Source: Microgenomates group bacterium Gr01-1014_7
GTDB lineage: Bacteria > Patescibacteriota > Microgenomatia > Daviesbacterales > UBA10151
DNA: 58,112 bases
Direction: 5' to 3'
Assembly (NCBI GenBank): GCA_007376405.1
Contig: VMGD01000009.1
Span: 1-58,112, forward strand
In this document: in pieces, positions 34,601 to 43,670 of the stretch
Layout: every line of letters starts with the position of its first letter
How positions within the stretch are numbered: the first letter of the stretch is position 1
The notes under the pieces: generated by a model
Told to the model about the DNA's origin: nothing
Database searches by the model: none
What the model saw: the letters and a program-made list of their open reading frames with translations, nothing else
Made by a program: the position numbers and the translations under genes

Positions 34601-37063
34601 TTACTTCTTTTTAAGAAAATTTTCTATCACTTTGCTATCCCTTTTCAGCCATTCTGCATTTGAGTAAATTTGTTCCAGGGCTTGGGCTATGGTTCTTTGG
34701 GCTTCAGGTACAGGATTTTTGCGGACAAAGCTTTCAATATCTTTGGCATCTGAAAGTTTGGTAAAATCCCCAGCTGCCTGGAACACTCTGGTAAAGTAAT
34801 GACCGCCGGCATATCTTTCTTTTAACATTTTCCAGTTTGCTTTAACAAACTCCCACGCAAAGTAACGACCATTCGGATTACCCCACACAGAAGCTATAAT
34901 CCCCAAACTATTTTGAAACCTGACATGTTTGGAAATTGCAAACTCCAAAGTTTTTTTAAGTAATTTTTTTCTTTTAAAAAGCCCCAGAGCTCTGCCAATT
35001 CTATCCTTTTCCTGTTGGTTATCTTCTTTCTTATACATTTTAATCAAAGTATTAAATTCTTCCAAATCACCATTTTCCGCCACCAGATTATAAACTACTC
35101 CGCGCAGATCAGGGTCCAGATTTACTTTTTTAAACAGTTCCTGTGCTTTTTTGATAGTATCCTCATCCCCAAAACTGCCCAGTTTATATAACACCATTCC
35201 CCGCAGCAGCGCATCCGTATGCTTCTCCCCCCCCTTTTTATCCCAGCCCATTTTATTTGCAATCCTGCCATAAATTTCCCTGCCGTACTTTTTAAAATCC
35301 TCATAAAATTCCTCTAAGAAGAGTAAGGAATCCAGCTGGCTAATATGCCCGGTCAGCTCACTCCAGACAGTATAATCTAACTCTTTCATATAACTTAGAG
35401 CAAGTTCCAGAGCCAAAGTAGTTGGTGTTTGGTCTGATTGAGCCAGATCAAATGTATCCCTAATTAATCCCAGCCTATCGGGAGCGGACAAATTATTCAG
35501 CTTTTTAAGATAATCTCTTGGATAATCTACTCTGACAAAACTTGCCTCATTCTGGTTTAATTTCTCTCCTTTGTTGGGAATTGTTACTACCTTTTTGTCC
35601 ATCAAAATGTTGCCTAAAGGGATACTCCAAATCGTTTTGTCTTGAGTTTCTTTTTTAGATATGGGACTTGAGAAAAACCTGCTTTGTGTTAACTGTAACC
35701 TGTTGCCCTCCCCACTTTCAGTGTGGGCCCGCTGTACCCTTACTAATGGGTGACCCGGCTTTGAAGTCCAGTTTTTCATCACCAGTCCTACAGGTTTTCC
35801 AGATACTTCTTCCAATGCCTTCCATAAATCTTCTGTTCGAGCATTCCCATACGCATGTTTTTTAAGATAATGCTGTAAGCCTTTTTGAAAATCTTTTTCC
35901 CCCTGATATTTCCAAAGCATCCGCAAAATGGTGGCCCCTTTTGAATAAGAAACTTTGTCAAAAATCTCGGAAATCTCTGCCGGATGACCAACCGGAACCT
36001 CAATAGGATGAGTGTTTTTTAGGCTGTCCAGGGAAAATACTGTGCCCATCTCGCTTGATACAAATTGGGTCCAGATATCCCACTGGGGAAAAATACTATC
36101 TATGGCCAGATATTCTATAAAACTGGCAAAGCCTTCATTTAGCCAAAGATCGCTCCACCACTCCATGGTTACCAGATTCCCAAACCACTGGTGAGCCAGT
36201 TCATGGGCAATCACCATGGCCACCCATTGTTTATTGCCGGTTGATGAAGAAGCCTCATCAATTAAAAGTGTTGATTCCCTGTAAGTCACAGCTCCCCAAT
36301 TCTCCATTGCCCCTGAGGCAAAATCAGGAATGGCAATCAGATCCAAAACAGGAAGTGGATAATCAATACCAAAGTAATTTTCATAAAACTTTAAGACTTT
36401 TATAGCAACATCCAGCGCGAATTTTGCCTGATCTTTCTTACCCGGTGTAGTAAAAACTCTAACTAAAATATTATTTTTGGTTTTATTCTCTATATATTCA
36501 AATTCCCCTACAATAAAAGCCAGAAGATAAGTGGACATTTTAGGAGTTGGTTCAAACTCCACCACCTTAAGGCCTGTTTCATGTTCCCAGACACTGGACT
36601 CCACAGTATTTGAAATGGCAGTGGTGTGGGCAGGAATCATCAAAGTCACATCAAAAATGGCTTTTTGGGAAGGCTCATCAAAACAGGGAAAGGCACGTCT
36701 GGCATCTGTTGCTTCAAACTGAGTTACCGCCAAATGTCTATCTTCCCCGTATTGACTCCGGTAAAACCCTCTCATCTTATCATTCAAAATACCTTTAAAT
36801 TTAAGTTTTATCTGGTGCTTACCTGCCGGGATTGCTCTATTGTAGGTTAATTTTACTGTTTCCTCCTTCTCGTTATAACTTACTTTTGCCTCATCACTTT
36901 CTATTTCCAGATCAGCCGAGTGCAAAGTAATTTCTTTGCCTGGTTTATCTAAGTTCAAATAAATAGTTTCTTCTCCGCGAAAAGTAAACTTTTCCAAATC
37001 AGGATGAAGCATTATTTTATATCTTTCGGGCCTGACATGGCTGGCAAGTCTAACATTTTTCAT
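34601..37063 (-). CDS. pepN: M1-family aminopeptidase N
   Basis: GAMENWG, HELAHQWFGNLVTMEWWSDLWLNEGFA. Confidence 0.9.
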   Translation of the reverse strand: MKNVRLASHVRPERYKIMLHPDLEKFTFRGEETIYLNLDKPGKEITLHSADLEIESDEAKVSYNEKEETVKLTYNRAIPAGKHQIKLKFKGILNDKMRGFYRSQYGEDRHLAVTQFEATDARRAFPCFDEPSQKAIFDVTLMIPAHTTAISNTVESSVWEHETGLKVVEFEPTPKMSTYLLAFIVGEFEYIENKTKNNILVRVFTTPGKKDQAKFALDVAIKVLKFYENYFGIDYPLPVLDLIAIPDFASGAMENWGAVTYRESTLLIDEASSSTGNKQWVAMVIAHELAHQWFGNLVTMEWWSDLWLNEGFASFIEYLAIDSIFPQWDIWTQFVSSEMGTVFSLDSLKNTHPIEVPVGHPAEISEIFDKVSYSKGATILRMLWKYQGEKDFQKGLQHYLKKHAYGNARTEDLWKALEEVSGKPVGLVMKNWTSKPGHPLVRVQRAHTESGEGNRLQLTQSRFFSSPISKKETQDKTIWSIPLGNILMDKKVVTIPNKGEKLNQNEASFVRVDYPRDYLKKLNNLSAPDRLGLIRDTFDLAQSDQTPTTLALELALSYMKELDYTVWSELTGHISQLDSLLFLEEFYEDFKKYGREIYGRIANKMGWDKKGGEKHTDALLRGMVLYKLGSFGDEDTIKKAQELFKKVNLDPDLRGVVYNLVAENGDLEEFNTLIKMYKKEDNQQEKDRIGRALGLFKRKKLLKKTLEFAISKHVRFQNSLGIIASVWGNPNGRYFAWEFVKANWKMLKERYAGGHYFTRVFQAAGDFTKLSDAKDIESFVRKNPVPEAQRTIAQALEQIYSNAEWLKRDSKVIENFLKKK

Positions 37064-37104
37064 AGGATGAGTTTAACCCAAAATGCTGATATAATTCAAC
37101 TTAC

Positions 37105-37187
37105 GTCCAGGTGGCGGAACGGTTTACGCGATAGTCTCAAAAACTATTGGTCGCAAGGCCATGTGGGTTCGAATCCCACCCTGGACA
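37105..37187 (+). tRNA. tRNA-Leu (anticodon CAA), class II with long variable arm, no encoded CCA
   Basis: Acceptor GTCCAGG/CCTGGAC, anticodon stem-loop ATAGT-CTCAAAA-ACTAT, T-arm GTGGG-TTCGAAT-CCCAC, discriminator A. Confidence 0.9.
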
Positions 37188-37209
37188 CAAGTGTTATACT
37201 AAAGATTAT

Positions 37210-37758
37210 ATGGCTCGTTTTAGGTTAGAAGATGATAGTAAGGAAAAAATTACCCTGCTTATTAGAGAACGTATTCCCTGGTTAATTTTGGGTCTCTGCG
37301 GCGGGATTTTGGCAACCTTTATTGTCTCAAGGTTTGAAAATATTTTGTCCCGTAATATCTCTTTAGCTTTCTTCTTACCAGTAATTGTTTATATGTCTGA
37401 CGCAATCGGGACACAAACAGAAAATGTTTATGTCAGGAATTTGGCCAAATTCAAAGATAATTTCTTTAAATATCTTTTTAAAGAAATGCTGGTTGGAATT
37501 TGTTTTGGTCTCATTTTCGGACTACTGCTTGGGCTTTTTGTCAAAATCTGGCTAGGCTCCGATTATGTGGCTTTGACTGTGGCAACAGCCATGTTTATTG
37601 ACGGCAGTCTTGCTCCTGTTGTCGCGCTTATTGTCCCGGAACTTCTATTCAAAGAACATACTGACCCCGCCCTAGGAGCAGGTCCTTTTACCACCATAAT
37701 TCAAAACCTGATCAGTTTGTCTGTTTATTTAATTGTGGCTGTGCTGATTATTTTCTAA
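37210..37758 (+). CDS. MgtE-like divalent cation transporter, TM domain only
   Basis: FFLPVIVYMSDAIGTQTENV and 5 TM helices. The start is moved to ATG 37210 because the long ORF overlaps the tRNA. Confidence 0.7.
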   Translation: MARFRLEDDSKEKITLLIRERIPWLILGLCGGILATFIVSRFENILSRNISLAFFLPVIVYMSDAIGTQTENVYVRNLAKFKDNFFKYLFKEMLVGICFGLIFGLLLGLFVKIWLGSDYVALTVATAMFIDGSLAPVVALIVPELLFKEHTDPALGAGPFTTIIQNLISLSVYLIVAVLIIF

Positions 37759-39116
37759 GCCGCCGCCGGCAGCTCTTTCTCACTCTTTTCTGTTTGAGTC
37801 TTACGGGTTTTTTCCATTCCGTAGAATTTGGTTCGGTCTGCCCGGAAAACCAGATTTATTTCCCCGGTTGGCCCGTTTCTGTGCTTTTGAATATCCAGCG
37901 TGACCTGTTCCGGTCGCTCCATATCTTCTCTCCAAAGAAACATCACCACATCCGCATCCTGCTCAATGGCCCCGGATTCCCGTAAATCCGCCAGCTGGGG
38001 CCTTCTGGTTCCCCGCTGCTCAACTGCCCGGGACAGTTGGGATATGGCCAGGACCGGAATTTTTAGCTCCCTGGCCAGATTTTTAAGATTCTGGGAAATC
38101 TCGGAAACCTCCTGAACTCTATTTTCCAGATTCCTGCCCCGGATCAGCTGCAAATAATCAACAATCAACAGTTTTAATCCGTGTTCAATTTGCAGCCTTC
38201 TGGCTTTTGTTCTCATCTCGGAAATGGTCGCTCCCGGCGTATCATCAATAAACAATGGTGCTTCGGCCAGCTCCCCCATGGCCAATGACAACCTGTCAAA
38301 ATCCTTTTCATCCAGTCTGCCGGTTTTTAGCTTCCAGGCATCAATATCTGCCTGACCCACCAGAAGCCGGTCCACCAGCTCCTCCTGGCTCATTTCCAAA
38401 GAAAAAATCCCCACCGGCAGCCCAGCATTAACTGCCACAAACTGGGCAATATTTAAAGCCAAAGAGGTTTTCCCCTGACCCGGACGGGAAGCCAAAATCA
38501 ACAAATTTGAATCCTGCATACCAGCCAGTTTATTATCCAAATCCCGAAAACCTGTGGGCACTCCCCGGAGTTTTCCGGAGGATTTTTGCAACTCATCCAA
38601 ACGGTCAAAAGACTCAGTTAGCGCATCTTTGATTGGCAAAAAATCTCTGCTGACATTTTCCTGAGAAATGGCAAATATCCCCTGCTCTGCCTGCTCCAGC
38701 AGCTCATCCACTTCCTGGGCCTCATCATAAGCTCTCTCAATCAGACGGGTTGCTTGAGCAATTAAAGTTCTCCTGATGGCATGCTCTTTGATAATCCGGG
38801 CATATTGTTCAATATGAGCGGAGGTGGGAACCACATTAACCAGAGTAGTTAAATAGGCAGAGCCTCCGACTTTATCATAAAAACCTTTGCGTTTTAGCTC
38901 CTCTGTCACAGTCACCAAGTCAATCGGTTCTCTTTTTTCAAACAGGGCTTGAACAGCTTCATAAATCGGGGCATGCTGCTCGCTTCTGTAAAAATTAGCC
39001 GGATGCAGCAGCTCAGATATCCGGACAATAGAATCTTTGTCAATAAGAAGCGCCCCCAAAAGGGACTGTTCAGCTTCTATATTTTGCGGTGGAAGTTTAG
39101 ATACCGGTTGTGCCAT
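37755..39116 (-). CDS. dnaB: replicative DNA helicase DnaB
   Basis: PPQNIEAEQSLLGALL, Walker A GSRPGQGKTS, RNGPTG. The start is at MAQPV; the upstream codons (PERSRRI) are repeat-derived. Confidence 0.9.
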   Translation of the reverse strand: MAQPVSKLPPQNIEAEQSLLGALLIDKDSIVRISELLHPANFYRSEQHAPIYEAVQALFEKREPIDLVTVTEELKRKGFYDKVGGSAYLTTLVNVVPTSAHIEQYARIIKEHAIRRTLIAQATRLIERAYDEAQEVDELLEQAEQGIFAISQENVSRDFLPIKDALTESFDRLDELQKSSGKLRGVPTGFRDLDNKLAGMQDSNLLILASRPGQGKTSLALNIAQFVAVNAGLPVGIFSLEMSQEELVDRLLVGQADIDAWKLKTGRLDEKDFDRLSLAMGELAEAPLFIDDTPGATISEMRTKARRLQIEHGLKLLIVDYLQLIRGRNLENRVQEVSEISQNLKNLARELKIPVLAISQLSRAVEQRGTRRPQLADLRESGAIEQDADVVMFLWREDMERPEQVTLDIQKHRNGPTGEINLVFRADRTKFYGMEKTRKTQTEKSEKELPAAA

Positions 39117-39120
39117 ATAG

Positions 39121-39160
39121 ATCCTTCGACTTCGCTCAGGATGATTTTGCAAGCAAAATC
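39121..39160 (+). repeat. GC-rich mini-repeat plus hairpin GATTTTGC-AA-GCAAAATC
   Basis: atccttcgacttcgctcaggatgat matches 12660-12683 (reverse complement) and 28181-28206. Overlaps the dnaB SD region and the 3' end of the MBL gene. Confidence 0.6.
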
Positions 39161-39795
39161 AGTTGTGGTTCTTCGGGCAGTTTATCTTTAGTAATAGACA
39201 GTTTCGGGACTGGAGTGATATTTTCCGCTCCCATTTCTTTCAAAAACCCCTCCACTCCTTCCAGTTCAAATTTTAGTCCATCAATTTTGTAATGCATGGG
39301 GATTATAATCTTTGGTTCCAGCTGGGATACAATTCCTGCAGCTGTCTTCCCGTCAATTGTATATACAGATCCCACGGGAATGAGCAAAATATCCACCTCC
39401 CCGATTTGAGTTAATTGCTCCTCAGTCAGTTTGCTTTGTCCCAAATCCCCGAGGTGAACAATATTTAACCGGTCCAGCATAATATTGAAAATAATATTTT
39501 TCCCTCTCTCGGAACCATTGCTGTCATCATGGAAAGAAGAAATGCCTGTTATCACCACCCCTGCAACCTCATATTCCCCAGGGTCTTTGAACACGGCAGG
39601 CTTCTCTCCTTCCGCATTATGCACAACTCCGGTGTTATTATGATCACCATGACCATGAGTTGATAAAACTACATCTGCGCTTAATTCTTTAGGAAGTTTT
39701 AAAGCGGTAAATTCCGGATCGTAAGGGTCAATCACCACTGTAGCAACCTTACCCTTTAATCTAAAAAGTGCCTGCCCGCCCCAATAAATATCCAT
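39136..39795 (-). CDS. MBL-fold metallo-hydrolase
   Basis: LSTHGHGDHNN motif. 219 aa. Confidence 0.8.
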   Translation of the reverse strand: MDIYWGGQALFRLKGKVATVVIDPYDPEFTALKLPKELSADVVLSTHGHGDHNNTGVVHNAEGEKPAVFKDPGEYEVAGVVITGISSFHDDSNGSERGKNIIFNIMLDRLNIVHLGDLGQSKLTEEQLTQIGEVDILLIPVGSVYTIDGKTAAGIVSQLEPKIIIPMHYKIDGLKFELEGVEGFLKEMGAENITPVPKLSITKDKLPEEPQLILLAKSS

Positions 39796-39852
39796 TGGAT
39801 TTGCATAGTAACAAAAAGTTTAAACATAGACAATATGTTAAAATGTTTTTAG

Positions 39853-40287
39853 ATGAAACTGAATAAAAAAATTCCTGCCAAACATTTTTATTTATCCCAA
39901 ATACTGATACTTATAGTTGGGCTGGCACTTTTGGCAGGCCTTTACTATATCCTAAATATTCAGTACCAAAAACCAAATAAGCCTTTTTCAAACGGCCCGG
40001 TTACCACTCCTCCTAAAACTCTAAGACTGGACCTGGATAATCCGGATGATGACTTTTTAAGCTTTCAATCCTCCGTGATTGTTTCCGGACAAACAGGTCC
40101 TTTAAAAGATGTGCTGATTTTTACGGATTCTCAGAATTTGATTATTGAGTCTAAAAAAGACGGCTCATTTTCCACGGTTTTAATCTTAAATGAAGGAGAA
40201 AACAAGGTTACGGCAGTAGTTTTTGACACCACAGGCGATTCCCGCTTAGTAGAGAGAACAGTATATTATTCTAAGGAAAAACTATGA
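39853..40287 (+). CDS. N-terminally anchored protein with Ig-like beta domain
   Basis: TM segment YLSQILILIVGLALLAGLYYIL, then VIVSGQT...GENKVTAVVFD. Confidence 0.65.
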   Translation: MKLNKKIPAKHFYLSQILILIVGLALLAGLYYILNIQYQKPNKPFSNGPVTTPPKTLRLDLDNPDDDFLSFQSSVIVSGQTGPLKDVLIFTDSQNLIIESKKDGSFSTVLILNEGENKVTAVVFDTTGDSRLVERTVYYSKEKL

Positions 40288-40997
40288 AAGAAAGCATAAA
40301 AGTTATAATTTTTATAATGATTATAATGATTATATTACCTCCCGCCTATGCTGCAGATTCCACCCCTTCTGCCGAGGTAAAGACAAAACTTGAGGAATTA
40401 AAAAAAGAAATTGCTTCCAAAGCAGCCAAATTAAAGCAGGAGGTTAATAAAAAACTAAAAGACAAAGCCTATATTGGCAAAATTAAAACCAAATCCCCAA
40501 CAGCCATAACTTTAGCCACCAAAAACAGCCCCAAAATAGTTAATATTAATCAGGACACTATGTTTGAAAGCCAACTGAAAAGCAAAAAATCTCCCAATCT
40601 TAAAGGTTTAATTGAAGAAGATTATCTGGCAGCCCTGGGAGATGTGGATGAAACCGGAGTACTCACTGCCAAAAAAATCATTTTACTACCCCAGCCAAAG
40701 GCTGGTCAGCCTCTGGCTGAAAAAACTTATTTATGGGGTCAAGTGGTGGCTGTTTCGGATAAACTGGTTACTATCAAGGATAGAAGTCTAAAAAGTATTG
40801 CTGTTTCCATCCCAAATTCTGCCAAAGTTAGTACCGGTGGTTTCATTATTCTGACAGGAATAACTGGCAAAAACGATTTTTTTGAAGCCGACTTTGTCCA
40901 TGTTATCCCGCAGGGCGGGATTATCAAACCCAAAAAGGTGGCCAGTCCTTCAGCTCAAGTTTCCAGTCCCTCTGCCAAACCCAAAACTACCCGCTAA
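40284..40997 (+). CDS. secreted protein, function unknown
   Basis: Signal MKESIKVIIFIMIIMIILPPAYA, whose core is encoded by a TTATAAT array. ATGA overlap with the upstream gene. Confidence 0.65.
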   Translation: MKESIKVIIFIMIIMIILPPAYAADSTPSAEVKTKLEELKKEIASKAAKLKQEVNKKLKDKAYIGKIKTKSPTAITLATKNSPKIVNINQDTMFESQLKSKKSPNLKGLIEEDYLAALGDVDETGVLTAKKIILLPQPKAGQPLAEKTYLWGQVVAVSDKLVTIKDRSLKSIAVSIPNSAKVSTGGFIILTGITGKNDFFEADFVHVIPQGGIIKPKKVASPSAQVSSPSAKPKTTR

Positions 40998-41685
40998 ATA
41001 CCTCTATCACTTCTTTTTCTGCTTCTGTTAAATCTTTAACAGTATCCACACCTCTCCAGTAATCAGTGCTTTTAAAAACCAGGAACCTGTCTGAGGGCAA
41101 TTTAGGGAAAGTTTCTATTTCATGATCTCCGACGTTTGGCAAAAGGGGTTCTATTTCTCTGGAAAAAACATATATTCCGGCATTAATCCAGTGAGGCAGA
41201 ATTGGTTTTTCCTTAAATCCCAAAATCTCATCAGCGCCGTTAAATTCCACAATTCCATAAGGGCTGCGCAGTGGCACCACCACAATAGTTGCCATAGCCT
41301 CGCTTTCTTCGTGTTTTTTAATCAAGCCTTCTATATCCAGTTTCCAAAGATTATCTCCGTTTGTAATAAGAACATTTTCCCAATCATTTGGCAGTATTTG
41401 CATTGCTTTTTTAATCCCTCCCCCACGTCCAAGGGGAGTTTCTTCAACAGAAAATAAGGCTCTAATTCCATACTTTTTCCCTGAATCAAGATGTTTTTGC
41501 AAAGCTTCTCTTTTGTAACTTGTGGCAAAAACAACTGTTTCAATACCCGCATTTTTAAGCTGATCCAGCTGGTAAGCCAAAATCGGCCTGCCGCCAACCT
41601 CCACCATTGGCTTGGGCCGGTCATTAGTATATGGTCGCAGCCTCTCCCCTTTCCCGCCTGCCAAAATTATCGCGGATTTAACCAT
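40987..41685 (-). CDS. sugar-phosphate nucleotidyltransferase (NTP_transferase family)
   Basis: AIILAGGKGERLRPYTNDRPKPMVEVGGRPIL. Confidence 0.85.
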   Translation of the reverse strand: MVKSAIILAGGKGERLRPYTNDRPKPMVEVGGRPILAYQLDQLKNAGIETVVFATSYKREALQKHLDSGKKYGIRALFSVEETPLGRGGGIKKAMQILPNDWENVLITNGDNLWKLDIEGLIKKHEESEAMATIVVVPLRSPYGIVEFNGADEILGFKEKPILPHWINAGIYVFSREIEPLLPNVGDHEIETFPKLPSDRFLVFKSTDYWRGVDTVKDLTEAEKEVIEVFSG

Positions 41686-41715
41686 GCAAATAATCTTACC
41701 ACTCTCATAGGGAAT

Positions 41716-41743
41716 TTGACAAATAGAATTTTTATGATATACT
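41716..41743 (+). promoter_or_regulatory. sigma70-like promoter with extended -10 (TTGACA-16-TGaTATACT)
   Basis: TTGACA at 41716-41721, TG at 41735-41736, TATACT at 41738-41743. Confidence 0.6.
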
Positions 41744-41749
41744 AATAAT

Positions 41750-42012
41750 TACAACTAAATATTTAAAGGCGTTTTACTGGAGTCACGATCCAGGAGCCGA
41801 GAGCCAAAATGCTCTACGGAATGATCTAAGCCGTAAAAAGATAGACAGACGATGTTGGAAAACCAAAGTCGCCACTAAGAGTCATGTATCAGAACGGTAC
41901 ACGGAAAACAGGATGGGACCGCGGGAGCGGTCTTTTTATTTTTAAAAAGACACCTCTCGTTCCTTGTTCATTAGCCTTTATGGGTTAGTGATCAGCGAAC
42001 GGGAGGTTTTTT
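41750..42012 (+). promoter_or_regulatory. T-box riboswitch-like leader, predicted tRNA-His specificity
   Basis: AGGAUGGGACCGCG (41910-41923) matches the T-box sequence at 13/14 positions. Antiterminator: AGGA/UCCU, 7-nt bulge UGGGACC, GCGGGAG/CUCUCGU. Competing 10-bp helix 41953-41962/41997-42006 plus U6 sequesters GGGAGG. Hairpin 41777-41795 displays CAC. Confidence 0.7.
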
Positions 42013-42028
42013 GTTGGAAAGGAAAGTT

Positions 42029-42841
42029 ATGAAAACAAACGATAAAAAAACAGAATATGAATTCACAATCCTCCGTCCCGGAGGAAATGATCAAATGCTT
42101 ATACAGGGGCTTGTTCCAAAAAATAAAAAACGCTTGATTAATGATGAAATGATTAAGCGTTTTCCAAATGTGGAGCAGGTTAGTTTCTATGCATTTGATC
42201 GAAAAAATAACTTTGCTACTTTGGAACTTGCCGGAGGTGAATTTTGTGGAAATGCCACCAGATCACTCGCCTACTTACTTTTAAATGGCAACAAAGGAAA
42301 AATAAAAATTAAAGTTTCTGGTACAAAAAGAGTTTTAAATGCTGGAATAAATCAAAAAAATACTGCATTTGCCCAAATGCCAATTTCTAATCTGAAATCT
42401 TTTACAAAACTCAAAAGTAATTTATTCAGAGTAGATCTAGAAGGTATTACCCAATTGGTTTTTGTACAAACTAGACAGATTAATCCTAGTAATCTCAAGC
42501 GTTATGCTCTTAAACTCCTACAACAAGAAAATCTAATTTACTCAGTTCCAGCTGCCGGGGTAATGTTCATTACCGATTGGGGTGAATATATTGAACTTAA
42601 ACCTATTGTCTGGGTTAGAGATATTGAAACACTACTTTACGAGACAGCTTGTGCTAGCGGAACAGCTGCTGTAGGAATTTGGAAAGCAACCCAAAGTAAA
42701 GCAACCTCTACACAAGTTAAAATTTTGCAACCTTCCCTCAAAATTATCACTGCTGAGATTTATAAAGATAGCGATGACTTAGTGGATGTGTATATAGATG
42801 GAGATATAGAAATCCTGGAAAAAGGAAGTGTGGGATTATGA
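42029..42841 (+). CDS. DapF-fold two-cysteine PLP-independent racemase/epimerase-like protein
   Basis: LRPGGNDQMLI, AGGEFCGNATRS (first Cys) and YETACASGTAAVG (second Cys). The alternative TTG start is 42011. Confidence 0.7.
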   Translation: MKTNDKKTEYEFTILRPGGNDQMLIQGLVPKNKKRLINDEMIKRFPNVEQVSFYAFDRKNNFATLELAGGEFCGNATRSLAYLLLNGNKGKIKIKVSGTKRVLNAGINQKNTAFAQMPISNLKSFTKLKSNLFRVDLEGITQLVFVQTRQINPSNLKRYALKLLQQENLIYSVPAAGVMFITDWGEYIELKPIVWVRDIETLLYETACASGTAAVGIWKATQSKATSTQVKILQPSLKIITAEIYKDSDDLVDVYIDGDIEILEKGSVGL

Positions 42842-43653
42842 ATGAGTTAGTTGAATTAACTTTATATAATCTTGAACAACTTGAGCAAACTGGTAGACCT
42901 TTACCAGCTAGAGAAGAACTAAAGAGTAGATTAATCGAACTTGCAGAAAGTAGATCGGTTCCTGTAGTTGTATTTAATTGCTTAAATCCTGATTGGAGAC
43001 CGGGTTCAAAACGGGATTATCCAAAAGCAGCATTCTCTTTTAATCCTGAAACTTCAATCTGCAGATATTATCAAGATTATGTAGCGATCACTTTGCTCGC
43101 ACTTCAAGACCTGGGAACTCCAAATCTAAATATTGTTATACCGGATAGTGAACTACTGGATGAAAGGGTTTTTTCTTTCGCTCAATCCAAAGAAGAAAGA
43201 ATAGATACAAGTCTAAGTGCAAAATCAGCATTATCCTCTGTTCTGACAGAATTAGATAATCCGGAGCAAGCAGTAACTCTTTGGAGTGAATATTGTGCAG
43301 GGCAATCACTCAAAACTCCCTTTGAATATACAACTGAAAACTATCGTAGGATCCAGTCGGATCCTGGACTGCAGAAAAAAGTACAAGATCAAATAAAAGA
43401 TTCCGCAAGATTTTTTGATAAAAAAGGTGTTAATTTTAAAAAAATTGATCCAAGGGTAATTTATGAACGGATTGCCTGGTATGAGGCAATGTATATGGGT
43501 GAAGGTCAGGCTCTTTTGGAATCTGGGGCTATTGTATTAAACTTTGAAGATAGTCGAATTGCCGCCTGGTTTCAACGAGGAGCAGATAGCAAATTACCAA
43601 TATTAACCCCTGTCAATGCTAATGATTTTTACGCCTGGAGAAGAAAAAGTTAA
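42838..43653 (+). CDS. hypothetical protein (271 aa), translationally coupled to the racemase-like gene
   Basis: ATGA overlap. No recognisable motif. Confidence 0.7.
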   Translation: MNELVELTLYNLEQLEQTGRPLPAREELKSRLIELAESRSVPVVVFNCLNPDWRPGSKRDYPKAAFSFNPETSICRYYQDYVAITLLALQDLGTPNLNIVIPDSELLDERVFSFAQSKEERIDTSLSAKSALSSVLTELDNPEQAVTLWSEYCAGQSLKTPFEYTTENYRRIQSDPGLQKKVQDQIKDSARFFDKKGVNFKKIDPRVIYERIAWYEAMYMGEGQALLESGAIVLNFEDSRIAAWFQRGADSKLPILTPVNANDFYAWRRKS

Positions 43654-43670
43654 GGGTTTGGTGATATGAT

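Noticed and set aside
37004-37228. ORF 37004-37228 and the first 21 codons of ORF 37147-37758
   Set aside because: They run through the tRNA-Leu gene. The MgtE-like CDS is better started at ATG 37210.
39117-39152. N-terminal extensions of long ORFs: MQNHPERSRRIY on dnaB, MNNLKQFNNLTLRLRSGQA on 12409-12714, MSGQKVKLRHLSRLQYNHYYDYNNYNCY on the response regulator
   Set aside because: The extensions are translations of dispersed repeat elements. Conserved protein N-termini start at the internal ATGs.
41776-41930. Possible ykkC/guanidine-I, M-box or cobalamin riboswitch in the leader (CCGAGAG, ACACGG...GGGA, GCUCUACG and GCCACU snippets)
   Set aside because: Only short fragments match and the spacing is wrong. 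The T-box sequence, 7-nt bulge and alternative helices explain the region much better.
41917-41943. Hairpin GACCGC-GGGA-GCGGTC plus T-run as an independent gene terminator or the 3' end of an sRNA
   Set aside because: There is no upstream plus-strand gene, since the neighbour is divergent. It overlaps the T-box sequence itself, so it is kept as part of the attenuator, although an sRNA product cannot be excluded.
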